Below are positions 45,773 to 54,360 of a stretch of 64,000 nucleotides of DNA, one piece after another. The first letter of the stretch is position 1; each line of letters starts with the position of its first letter. Below the pieces are notes generated by a model. It was given only the letters and a program-made list of their open reading frames with translations, had not been told where the DNA came from and made no database searches. A program made the translations under genes and the position numbers. The DNA comes from a virus. Location of the stretch: positions 32,001 to 96,000 of the IMG/VR virus record IMGVR_UViG_3300046535_001869. One strand, given 5' to 3'.

Positions 45773-46213
45773 CTACCCGGAAGCTGGATAGTCTGACCAA
45801 CAATTAACGGTTTCGTAGACACGTAGCCGGGCGAGCGAGGCCAGGCCTTTACTCCGGCGCTCCACCTCGGGTGCTAATTGATTAAACCAGAGACGCGCCA
45901 AGTTCTCGGCGGTTGGAATACTCGGGATAATCTGGAGCTTCCCGCAGCACTCGCGAAACTGCGAAAGTAATGGGTCGTCCGACCAAACGATCATTGCATG
46001 ATCAAATGGTTCGTCTATTACAGACATCATCTCATCTTTGAGAAAACCAAAATCAAGGACCATCCCGGCCTGGCTGCCCTCCTCTTGTAAGGCGCCGACA
46101 CAGGTGGCCTGAATCGTATACCGATGACCGTGGACGTTACAGCATTTTGATTCGTGATCGGGAACACGGTGTGCTGCATCGATACTAATTTCACGGGTAA
46201 TATGATGGAGCAC
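45773..46213 (-). CDS. queD: 6-carboxytetrahydropterin synthase
   Basis: AAHR..HESKC.NVHGHRY, GMVLDF, FDH, PTAEN, ET; start GTG 46213. Confidence 0.92.
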   Translation of the reverse strand: MLHHITREISIDAAHRVPDHESKCCNVHGHRYTIQATCVGALQEEGSQAGMVLDFGFLKDEMMSVIDEPFDHAMIVWSDDPLLSQFRECCGKLQIIPSIPTAENLARLWFNQLAPEVERRSKGLASLARLRVYETVNCWSDYPASG

Positions 46214-46249
46214 GGTAGGTCTCCCTGGATAACATATTGACGAAACACA

Positions 46250-46278
46250 ATAGTACCGGTAAATAGACGAAAAGTAAA
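46250..46278 (-). promoter_or_regulatory. phage promoter, copy 8 (TTTACT-17-TACTAT), driving the que/dpdA/pol operon
   Basis: Repeat-family match. Confidence 0.8.
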
Positions 46279-46300
46279 GGCCCCTGGTGGGGCCTTTACT
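46269..46300 (-). terminator. intrinsic terminator overlapping the -35 of promoter copy 8
   Basis: AGTAAAGGCCCC-ACCA-GGGGCCTTTACT followed by TTT. Confidence 0.65.
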
Positions 46301-46327
46301 CATTGTTGTGCTCGATGTCGTGTGGGG

Positions 46328-47020
46328 CTACTCGACGGCCGATCCGGTGTACACAAGGCCGCGGCCTTCGACCTTCTCCTTGTGGATATTCAGCTTGCCG
46401 GTCTTGGCCAGACGCACGAGCTGGACGCGGATAGTCGTGCCCATACCGCCCTTGGAGCCTTCGCCGGCGCGGTCGGGGAAGACGCTCGCGAGATGCTGGT
46501 AGAGCTCCTCGACCGTCCCGCCGCCGTTCTTGAGCATGTCGACAAGAGTTGAAATGACACCCGGCGCCTTTGGCTCGGCTGGCGCCTTCTCGGCCTTTGG
46601 TGCACGGGTCTTCTTGGCCTTGACTTCGGTTCCGGTGACTTCGGTGTTCTCGCCTTCCATTGACTTAGTCCTTTGGGTTTGAGGGATAATGCTAGGCACG
46701 GCGGCCTGGGCCTTGTCGATGAGCTTTAGAGCGATACGGCGGAATGCGGTGTCCCGGTCGTGGAAGCTCTTGACCCGGTCCTTTTCAGAGACCATGGCGT
46801 TATAGATCTCAGCGAGTTTGGCCTGGGTTGTGAACCCGCGAATGATCCAAGCGGATTCAATCTCCTCCTGTAGTGGGTGCGCAGTATCGAAGATGAACGC
46901 AGTCCGATTCGAGGGGAGGTGCTCGGTCCAGTTCTTGATCTGGGCCAAACTGACATCATCCTCAAACCGCCGAATACGAACATCCTCGAGCCACTCACGC
47001 CAATCCAAAACGATACGCAT
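46328..47020 (-). CDS. protein with C-terminal KAP linker and winged-helix-like domain (third paralog)
   Basis: KAPGVISTLVDML...ELY..L...FPDRA...GGM.TTI.VQL; possible internal start at MEGENT. Confidence 0.7.
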   Translation of the reverse strand: MRIVLDWREWLEDVRIRRFEDDVSLAQIKNWTEHLPSNRTAFIFDTAHPLQEEIESAWIIRGFTTQAKLAEIYNAMVSEKDRVKSFHDRDTAFRRIALKLIDKAQAAVPSIIPQTQRTKSMEGENTEVTGTEVKAKKTRAPKAEKAPAEPKAPGVISTLVDMLKNGGGTVEELYQHLASVFPDRAGEGSKGGMGTTIRVQLVRLAKTGKLNIHKEKVEGRGLVYTGSAVE

Positions 47021-47157
47021 GTGCCTAAACTCCCTCGGTTAGAGCCGGGTTTTGACGACCCAGCGTGGACCAAGATTGTCCCGAAACTCGACGGTAAAAG
47101 TCAAGACTTCATTACGTCAAATTTCGGGATCTGACAGTCGAAAACGATGGTTGACTT

Positions 47158-48030
47158 TTAGAATGGTACCTCATCCGAGGAGGCGCGTTGGGTGTCGGTG
47201 CCGCCCTCAGCCGAGGCCTGGAAGTTGGCGCGGGCCTGACCCGAACGGACCAGCTCGGAGAAGGACTTGGCCGTCGCATAGAGCGGCTCGTTCTGGCGGA
47301 TCAGCGACTCGCGGGCGGTCGGGGCGGCCAGCTCGAACTGGAAGTTGTAGAACGGCTGGCCCTGGCTATTCTTCTGGCCAACCGAGGTCAGCCGCCAGCG
47401 GTGCGCCCAGATCGGCGGGGTCACGACCCGGCCGTTGACCGGGTACTTCAGGGAGCCGATCCGGGTGAATAGCTTCTTGTAAACCCCGATCTTGGTGCTG
47501 GTGAACGCGATGACGACCTGCTCGGCCGAGGTCTCGTCGAGCGGAGGGGGTGCGACGAGCGCGAAGAGGTTGAACTGCTCGACGAGCTCTGTCCCCTCGC
47601 CGGTGTCGAGCGGCTTGAAGCGGCCCTGCTGGCGGATCAGGCGCTGGACGCGCTCGTCGTCCGGGCCGACGACGCCGCGGAACCCGCCGCCCTGGGTGCG
47701 CGGGACCCACTCGCCGTAGAGGTAGTCGCGCGCGACCGGGACCACGTCGAGGCCGGTGTGGCCGTCGTAGAGCTGGCCGGTCATCGTGTTGACGAACATG
47801 CCGGGCTTAGCAGCCTCGTTATAGACCGGTCCCGAGGGGTCGGCGACCTGCGGGCTAAGGGCCTGGATCAGGCCAAGGAACGGTGTCAGCAGCTCCTCGG
47901 AACGGGCGCCCTCCATCCCAGCGCCGGCATCGTCGCCGAAGTCGACTATTTCGAGATCGGTGCCCGGCCCCAGATTGGCCGGGGTCAGCGGTGGCTTCTC
48001 GTCCTGTTGCTTGCGTCTCGCGTCGCTCAT
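47158..48030 (-). CDS. putative single-stranded DNA-binding protein
   Basis: PFLGLIQALSPQV, EWVPR..GGGF; acidic C-terminus SSDEVPF; located in the replication module. Confidence 0.65.
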   Translation of the reverse strand: MSDARRKQQDEKPPLTPANLGPGTDLEIVDFGDDAGAGMEGARSEELLTPFLGLIQALSPQVADPSGPVYNEAAKPGMFVNTMTGQLYDGHTGLDVVPVARDYLYGEWVPRTQGGGFRGVVGPDDERVQRLIRQQGRFKPLDTGEGTELVEQFNLFALVAPPPLDETSAEQVVIAFTSTKIGVYKKLFTRIGSLKYPVNGRVVTPPIWAHRWRLTSVGQKNSQGQPFYNFQFELAAPTARESLIRQNEPLYATAKSFSELVRSGQARANFQASAEGGTDTQRASSDEVPF

Positions 48031-48242
48031 GGTTCGTCCTTCCTCTGGGTTAACATCGATTCGATCGCCGCGGCCTGAGCTAGTGCCAGGTCTACGAAGG
48101 CGATCGGATTATGGGGGTACGCGGTAGTCCACTCGGGCCAACGCTCGCGGTGGGCGGCGGCCGGTCCCCAGGCGAGGTCGCGGCGGGCCTCGTGGAGGAG
48201 CTTGGCTACGGGCCAGAGGCGGCGCATCTGGTCTAGGGTCAT
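48027..48242 (-). CDS. hypothetical protein
   Basis: Coupled ORF. Confidence 0.55.
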   Translation of the reverse strand: MTLDQMRRLWPVAKLLHEARRDLAWGPAAAHRERWPEWTTAYPHNPIAFVDLALAQAAAIESMLTQRKDEP

Positions 48243-48511
48243 CGCTCGCGAGTCCCGGTGATCGGGTCACGAGGGGCGTTGCACGCCGCCTCGATATTTC
48301 GCTTCAGGCCATAGATGTCAGGTGGACCGCCATCATGATTTGAGTGAAATCTTAGGGTGGTACTTCCTCCGCCGACGTAGTGGAGTACCAACGTTCCGTC
48401 GCGTCCATCCGTGACTTCTACGGCGGCGAGATGGTCTAGGTCGAAGCTAAGGCCACCAGGCGACGCGATCTGCATCCCAGGAGGGCAGAACTTCGTGATG
48501 CGAGTCATCAT
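48239..48511 (-). CDS. hypothetical protein
   Basis: Coupled ORF. Confidence 0.55.
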   Translation of the reverse strand: MMTRITKFCPPGMQIASPGGLSFDLDHLAAVEVTDGRDGTLVLHYVGGGSTTLRFHSNHDGGPPDIYGLKRNIEAACNAPRDPITGTRER

Positions 48512-49104
48512 CGGCGGGCAAGTCCCTTCAGCTCGACGGTCCTCGGGCGAGAGCCAACGACCGCGGTCGTCGAGCGGTAGACGCCGAGTAGCTCCAAGGG
48601 GGGATCGTCGCCGCGCAGGACTAGCTCTCGCACGAAGGCGCCGATGGTCGGCGCAGCAATTTGTTCTCTGAGGTCGAGCTTTTTGAAGCGGTTCGACAGG
48701 CGGTGAGCGCGAAGCTCAGCGAGGAGCGTACGTGCCTCCTCGAGGTCACCGCGGTCCAGCTCGATCTCAATCGTGGTCTTGATTAACGGCGCTCCATCGT
48801 GCTCCTCAACCCAGAGGAGGCCGTCGGCAGCGGTCAACTTGTTCCCGATGAACTTGTCCTCGATCTTAACCGGGGTGCCGTCGGTCAGGGTAAAGCCCGA
48901 CATGCCTACGGCGCGGAGAGCCTCGGGGAGGTCGACCTCCTTAGTCTGACGCAGCGCGGTCAGGGCCTGCTGGAGGAGGGACGTGAGGCGCACGGCCTCG
49001 GCCTCCTCCTGGCGCTGGCGCTCGGCTAGCGTCGCGACGCGGCTTAGGTCAGCGTCGGTCGGGGGAGGGGCGGGCTCTACGTCGGCGGGGGACAGGTCGT
49101 TCAT
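48508..49104 (-). CDS. conserved phage replication-module protein
   Basis: Coiled coil, then LPEAL..VGMSGFTLTDG. Confidence 0.65.
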   Translation of the reverse strand: MNDLSPADVEPAPPPTDADLSRVATLAERQRQEEAEAVRLTSLLQQALTALRQTKEVDLPEALRAVGMSGFTLTDGTPVKIEDKFIGNKLTAADGLLWVEEHDGAPLIKTTIEIELDRGDLEEARTLLAELRAHRLSNRFKKLDLREQIAAPTIGAFVRELVLRGDDPPLELLGVYRSTTAVVGSRPRTVELKGLARR

Positions 49105-49140
49105 GGTGTCTTAGGCTCGTCAGTTAATTACACGGGAGGT

Positions 49141-49169
49141 CTTATACGCTACTTTAGACGAAAAGTAAA
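49141..49169 (-). promoter_or_regulatory. phage promoter, copy 9 (TTTACT-17-TATAAG)
   Basis: Repeat-family match. Confidence 0.8.
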
Positions 49170-49176
49170 CACCTAA

Positions 49177-49374
49177 TCACCGTTCGTACTGCGCTACTCG
49201 AACGCCAGTAAGGACGCTGGTTAGAATCACAGTTCCGCTGGAGATTATGAGAGACGCGGTCGGCGCGGGCGGCAGACCGCCTTCCCCAAGATGAGATAAG
49301 ACTTCGAGTAAGAGCACCGCGTTCGCGAAACCAGAGACCCAGGTGATTATCACTAGACTTTTCATCACAACCAC
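49177..49374 (-). CDS. small 2-TM membrane protein
   Basis: Two hydrophobic stretches. Confidence 0.5.
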   Translation of the reverse strand: MVVMKSLVIITWVSGFANAVLLLEVLSHLGEGGLPPAPTASLIISSGTVILTSVLTGVRVAQYER

Positions 49375-50945
49375 CTCGATGGGGGATCGCCGACGATCAG
49401 CTCGGCGATAGAGCGTTTTGCGCGGAGGGCCTCGATCACGTCGAGGTCGCGGGTTCCCTCGGCGACGAGGTCGACGACGTCGGTCCAGGCGTCCTGGTCC
49501 ATCGACTCGGTCCGATCCTCGGTCTGGCGTCTTTCACGGAGGGAAAATTCGTTACTGTAGTAAATGGACAGGCGAGCGCGGGAGCAGTCGTGGCCGCGGC
49601 CCAGGCCGGACTTCTCGGTGGCGATCAGGCCGTCGAGTTGGCCGTCTTTGAAGGCGTGGTAGTAGCCCTCCCTCGTGTCGCGCGGCATCGAACCGTCGTA
49701 ACGGCCGACCTTGAACTGGGCCTTGGTGAGGGCTACCGTGACGTCGGTTACGTCCTGGCGAAAGCGGCACCAGACGAGGAACGGCTTGCGGGTACGCTCG
49801 ACCTCGCTGACGAGTGTCTCAAGCGCTGGGTTATGGGTATCGATCCGCTGGAGCTCGGTCTGCGCGACGGTCATGCCCAGGCCGTCGCACTGGGGACACT
49901 CGGTGCCATCGTCGAGGAAGCCAGCGGTCTCGCAGTTGGTGCACGGGGTACCGGTGCGTTCGGGCGGGAAATATCCGCGGGCTACCATTTGTAATCGGGT
50001 CATGCGAGTCAAGACGTTGGCCACCGGGACGTCGCCGTCGCCGAGTTCGGCGACGTACTGGTCGCGCAGGCCGTCGTAGACCTTCTGCTGTTTCGGGGTC
50101 ATCGTGAAGTAGCGGGTGGCGTACTCCTTGTTTGAGCCCTCGCGGCGGACGCGGTCGCTGAACGTGGACAGGCGTGCGAACAGCTCCTCTAGGTTCTGAT
50201 AACCGATCTTAACGTCGAAGTGGGTGTTGGTCCTGCGGTTGTAGCCCTTCTTGCGGGTGAACACGCCGGGGGCGATCTCCTCCTCCTCGTACTTGGTGTA
50301 GCGAGCGCGGAAGGCGGTAGCGGTGGTGAAGCCCAGGGCGCCGGGGCGGAGGAAATTCGTGGGGAAGTATAGATTGTCCGGCCCCTCGTCGGCCGGGGTA
50401 CCGGTCAGGAGACGACGCATCTTGACGTTCGGGGCGCGACCAAGGCGCAGAAGCATCTTGGTACGGGCGGACCATCTAGTCGCCCAGTCCTCGTCGACGA
50501 CGAGCATTGTCTTGCGGTTGCGGAGGATCGCTCGTAGAGCATACTCGCCGTCGTTGGTAGTAATCGCCTCGCAGTTCATCGTCAAGATCGCAGGGCCGGG
50601 GTGGATGGCCAGGGCGTCGATCGCGGCGCGGGCGGCCTTGGTTCCCATACGGCCGGGGCGCCAAGTCAGGAGGTTGGTCTTCTCGAGGAACTCCGGAGGA
50701 AGATCCTTCGGGGCCTCGTCGCGCCACACGAGGTGGACGTCGGAGGGGTAGGCGATCACCACGAGGGTGGTGACTCGGCCGAGATCGTAGTTGTAGCGGA
50801 ACTGGTCGAAGATGGTTTTTGATTTACCAACGCGCGGGTCCCAGAAGTGAGCGTGGTACTCCGTGTCCTTGGCTCGCTCGAAGGCGGCGAGTTGAGCTGG
50901 ACGTGGGGGGCGGTGGAAGGTGAAGGCGGATTTCTGGGGCGACAT
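49365..50945 (-). CDS. SNF2-like SF2 helicase with Zn-finger insertion
   Basis: PRVGKSK, VVDED, LLTGTP, RLQ, VWCRF, GLGRG, QTEDR. Confidence 0.8.
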   Translation of the reverse strand: MSPQKSAFTFHRPPRPAQLAAFERAKDTEYHAHFWDPRVGKSKTIFDQFRYNYDLGRVTTLVVIAYPSDVHLVWRDEAPKDLPPEFLEKTNLLTWRPGRMGTKAARAAIDALAIHPGPAILTMNCEAITTNDGEYALRAILRNRKTMLVVDEDWATRWSARTKMLLRLGRAPNVKMRRLLTGTPADEGPDNLYFPTNFLRPGALGFTTATAFRARYTKYEEEEIAPGVFTRKKGYNRRTNTHFDVKIGYQNLEELFARLSTFSDRVRREGSNKEYATRYFTMTPKQQKVYDGLRDQYVAELGDGDVPVANVLTRMTRLQMVARGYFPPERTGTPCTNCETAGFLDDGTECPQCDGLGMTVAQTELQRIDTHNPALETLVSEVERTRKPFLVWCRFRQDVTDVTVALTKAQFKVGRYDGSMPRDTREGYYHAFKDGQLDGLIATEKSGLGRGHDCSRARLSIYYSNEFSLRERRQTEDRTESMDQDAWTDVVDLVAEGTRDLDVIEALRAKRSIAELIVGDPPSRWL

Positions 50946-50946
50946 G

Positions 50947-51312
50947 TTAGTGGATCTCTTGCGGTCTCTTCGGACAGCTCCATCGGTTCTTATGCTTAAC
51001 TGCCAGCCCTTCTCGACTTAAAGTCCAGAGCGTTCCTCGGACACTATTGGGTTTAAAGCCGGTCGCTTTAACTATCTCGTCCAACGTTAATCCCACGTTC
51101 GTCTCAACGATCATCTGCCTAATCGCCGGCTTAACACTACCAGATTTTGCACGACCGGATGACTCTTCATTAGGGTTTAGCGGAGTCAAGTCAGCGAGCT
51201 TCGTTTTCATTTCTGCTACTGCTGCATCATAGCCAAGTTCAAATGCCTTTTCAATCAAAGGTCTTAGAGTCTCTGACGAGGCTGAAATAATTTTATCCAA
51301 GTCTGCGCGCAT
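50947..51312 (-). CDS. winged-HTH DNA-binding protein
   Basis: GLTLDEIVKATGFKPNSVRGTLWTLSREG; start ATG 51312. Confidence 0.7.
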   Translation of the reverse strand: MRADLDKIISASSETLRPLIEKAFELGYDAAVAEMKTKLADLTPLNPNEESSGRAKSGSVKPAIRQMIVETNVGLTLDEIVKATGFKPNSVRGTLWTLSREGLAVKHKNRWSCPKRPQEIH

Positions 51313-51343
51313 GATATATCTCCCAGGAGCATTTGACGACAAC

Positions 51344-51372
51344 AATATATACGAAATGTGGCGAAAAGTAAA
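51344..51372 (-). promoter_or_regulatory. phage promoter, copy 10 (TTTACT-17-TATATT)
   Basis: Repeat-family match. Confidence 0.75.
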
Positions 51373-51381
51373 GTGTGGGGC

Positions 51382-53625
51382 TTAGAACGGGGTCTCGTCG
51401 TGATCGTTTTGTAAGTGGTTCGCGGTTGGAGCATCGTTATACGATACTTCAACTGTTCCGTCGATCGGATCACGGTAGACGTAGATATCTTTATGGCGAT
51501 CCTCCCAGGTATCGCCTTTGACAAAACACCGGGATGGTGGTCCTTTACCGGTGGCAATTCTTTGAACAACTCGCTCCCAGCCCAGCTCCAACATGGCCTC
51601 GGTCAGCCGTCCATTATCCGGGCTACCACGTTGATGTTCTGGTTTGTTAATAATTTTCCAAACGTCGTTAGATGTGATGCATCCGCATGGCGTGTCAAAG
51701 AGTTTCGGCAGTAGTATATCTGTCCATGGATCGCCTTGGCGGACCGCATCTTGCACGACGGCCGCCTCATCCCACAGTGTCGGGTCGAGGCGAATCGAAG
51801 TGCCTAGAGATTCTAGGTACGCTGCCTCAGCCCACAAGGCCTCTCGCGCCGCACGTAGCGCGGCGATATCAAAACGGAGGACGTAGATCGGCCAGAATCG
51901 CCTATTGGTGCGGTCGCGTAGGAAAGCGGTCGAATTTGTGGTTCCGAAGAAAACACATTGGCGCGGGGCGTTGGTTGGATGATGACCATAGGCGAGGCGC
52001 GCCCGATCTACCTGCCGGCTTAGAATTGATTTGATGGTCTCGACATCAGACTGATGAATACCTTGGAGCTCTGCACATTCGACGATCCAGCGGCCGGAGA
52101 GTTGCTCGATAGTTTTCTTCTCGTCGGCTTTGAGGGGAAAGCTGTCGGTAAACCAATCCTCATTCACCGCCAGGGTACTGAGCGCGAGTGACTTCTCCGT
52201 CCCTTGGATAGGGCTAATTAAAACCATCATTTCATCAAACTTACAACCAGGGTTGCGGACGCGGCGGACAGCAGCCAGGAGTATAAGGCGGGACGTGGCC
52301 CTAATAAACGGGGTATCCTTAGCCCCAGCAAAGCGAATAAGCCATTCCTCGGTTAAATTCTGGGTAGTGCTGGGGTCGTGTAGGGGAAGGGCGTTAAAAT
52401 AGTCTAGGACTGGATGGTAGGCCGCCTGACGGGCGATGGTTGATGTAGTGATGTTTAAGATATCGCGGGTTGGCAGAAATCCGAATCTTTCATACGTATT
52501 CACCCGGATCTCGGCCTCTGTTGGATCATCGAGACAACGTGCCGGGCCTACGCCGTTAACATAGGAGCGGTCCTGGAAAACGTTGTGACTTAATTTGATT
52601 CCCATATCGTTGAGCGCCTTGCGAACGTTCTTGGGCGATAGTGGGTCGATACTACCGTGCGATGTCCTTTCCCAGTCGATTGCAACTACATGGCGGGCGC
52701 GCTCTACTTGGCGGCGGGCGACCGCTGTTGGATTTGGTTGAGATAGGCAATGTGCTGCAATCCCACACGATGGATCAATTAGGATGGGGATGATATCGCC
52801 ATCAGGCCAACCACGTCGTATCAGCGCTGTTACTACGGCGAACACTAGACGGGAACGGTCATCATTGTAGTCAGATGCATCACCAGTTTTTATGGCCTTC
52901 TGAAGTTTTACGGGAAGGCTACCAACCGATGGGTGCACCTTTTCATCATCGGCCGTATGCGCACCCTCGGGAAGATGGGGGACTGGATCACTCTCGTATG
53001 ACCATGTTCGGTCCCAATTTGTTTCAACGATAGCCGCTAATGCCGGAACACGGCCGCGGGCCAGCTTGGCGCTGGAGGGAAGATTGATGGTACCGGGAAG
53101 CCTCATCAGCCGGTTGATGTTCTGGACCGCATCCGAACCCAGGTCCCGTGCGATCGCCTTTCCTGAGGCCTCGATACGCTCGAGGTTATTATCCTCGTGA
53201 GCAATTAGCGGACCGGCGAATCGCCAAAACGCCTGGTAACCACCGCCAGAGAATATAATAGCGGTCGGTGGTGGCTCGAGGAGCTTTAACCGCGATAGGA
53301 GACGTGTGAAGTTTTCCTCGGTTGGCAGAGAGAAAGGTCCGGACTTTGGTAAGTCCAGGTCGACATAGATTGCCCAAATAGCTTTGATCTGATCTTTGGT
53401 TGGTGTAGTTCTTGGCGCGCCCTCGATGATGTTTGGGACAAAATACAGGTTGACGATACCGTTTCGGTCGTCAAGATATTCTTGTAGCGGCTGTTCTTCA
53501 GTGAATCGACGGGCTGGTACTAGAGGGTTCTCGACGGAGGGATCGATCTCGACTACGAGCCAGGGGCCACTAGGACCGTGCCAGGCCTTTAGCCATTTGA
53601 CGGCTGTCTGGGTGTCTGGTGCCAT
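51382..53625 (-). CDS. primase-helicase (RepB-like AEP primase plus VirE-family helicase)
   Basis: YVDLD, FSGGGYQAFW, RLMRLPGTIN; PGCKFD, QGTEKS, WIVECAEL, GTTN...RRFWP. Confidence 0.85.
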   Translation of the reverse strand: MAPDTQTAVKWLKAWHGPSGPWLVVEIDPSVENPLVPARRFTEEQPLQEYLDDRNGIVNLYFVPNIIEGAPRTTPTKDQIKAIWAIYVDLDLPKSGPFSLPTEENFTRLLSRLKLLEPPPTAIIFSGGGYQAFWRFAGPLIAHEDNNLERIEASGKAIARDLGSDAVQNINRLMRLPGTINLPSSAKLARGRVPALAAIVETNWDRTWSYESDPVPHLPEGAHTADDEKVHPSVGSLPVKLQKAIKTGDASDYNDDRSRLVFAVVTALIRRGWPDGDIIPILIDPSCGIAAHCLSQPNPTAVARRQVERARHVVAIDWERTSHGSIDPLSPKNVRKALNDMGIKLSHNVFQDRSYVNGVGPARCLDDPTEAEIRVNTYERFGFLPTRDILNITTSTIARQAAYHPVLDYFNALPLHDPSTTQNLTEEWLIRFAGAKDTPFIRATSRLILLAAVRRVRNPGCKFDEMMVLISPIQGTEKSLALSTLAVNEDWFTDSFPLKADEKKTIEQLSGRWIVECAELQGIHQSDVETIKSILSRQVDRARLAYGHHPTNAPRQCVFFGTTNSTAFLRDRTNRRFWPIYVLRFDIAALRAAREALWAEAAYLESLGTSIRLDPTLWDEAAVVQDAVRQGDPWTDILLPKLFDTPCGCITSNDVWKIINKPEHQRGSPDNGRLTEAMLELGWERVVQRIATGKGPPSRCFVKGDTWEDRHKDIYVYRDPIDGTVEVSYNDAPTANHLQNDHDETPF

Positions 53626-53643
53626 TTGCGGATTTCTTTCGCA

Positions 53644-53973
53644 TTAACTGTTGACTATCTCCATCTCCTCTGGTGGTTGCGCGGGTTGCGCCGGTACTGG
53701 TAGCAGGCGCCACCGCCGGCCAAAACGTGAAAATCTGTAAATGTCGTAAGTTTTGTCTTCTTTCTGCGACAAAATAAACCGGTTTTCGTTCTTTGATAAC
53801 CAGACCGCGAGAGCATCCGGATGCGGGTGTTCTCGCTCCATGTCCACGACTGTGATAATAGTTGATAGAAAGTCTGGGCGATGATCGATACCGTAATCAA
53901 GAACGGTACGGGGGCTTACCGGCGTTTGACCAAACGCCTCAATCCAGGTTTTAATAAAGATTTCTTCCAGCAT
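53644..53973 (-). CDS. hypothetical protein (possible winged-helix origin-binding protein)
   Basis: AGGGGAG RBS, ATG 53973; adjacent to the repeat region. Confidence 0.6.
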   Translation of the reverse strand: MLEEIFIKTWIEAFGQTPVSPRTVLDYGIDHRPDFLSTIITVVDMEREHPHPDALAVWLSKNENRFILSQKEDKTYDIYRFSRFGRRWRLLPVPAQPAQPPEEMEIVNS

Positions 53974-54074
53974 TTTTTTGAATCTCCCCTGGTTTGACAA
54001 AAGGTACGGTTGTGTACAATACACCACCCAAATTAAAGATTACTAGAGAAAAATTATTTTGTTTTTGTTGGTTC

Positions 54075-54360
54075 GACTAGTGTAACAGGTGTAACATGTC
54101 CGAAAATAAAATTTAAAATGTTACACCTGTTACGGTGGAATGGGCGCTAAGTTATTGAAATCATATGTTACACTGGGGGTGTTACGGTGGGTACCCCCTA
54201 CTGGTACACCCTTATTTTTTTTACATACTTTGGGGCTAACATTGCCTCGGTTGTATTGGTTTTGCTGTAACAGGTGTAACATCATAAAAATAACATAGTA
54301 ATAATAATAGGTTAAGTCTTGTTACATGGGGTTTTGTGACTAGTGTAACAGGTGTAACAA
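54075..54360. repeat. TGTAACAGGTGTAACA iteron-like repeats in an AT-rich intergenic region (putative replication origin)
   Basis: Direct copies at 54081, 54266 and 54344; inverted copy at 54119; partial TGTTAC at 54166, 54180 and 54320. Confidence 0.8.

Noticed and set aside
42207-46213. Queuosine tRNA-modification pathway
   Set aside because: No queF, queA, queG or tRNA genes were seen. The TGT-like protein lacks the C-terminal Zn-binding motif of bacterial Tgt and lies in the DNA replication operon.
52185-52215. Primase-helicase as a pseudogene because Walker A reads QGTEKS
   Set aside because: The ORF is intact with all other VirE motifs and the catalytic Lys-Ser retained. A single substitution is insufficient evidence.
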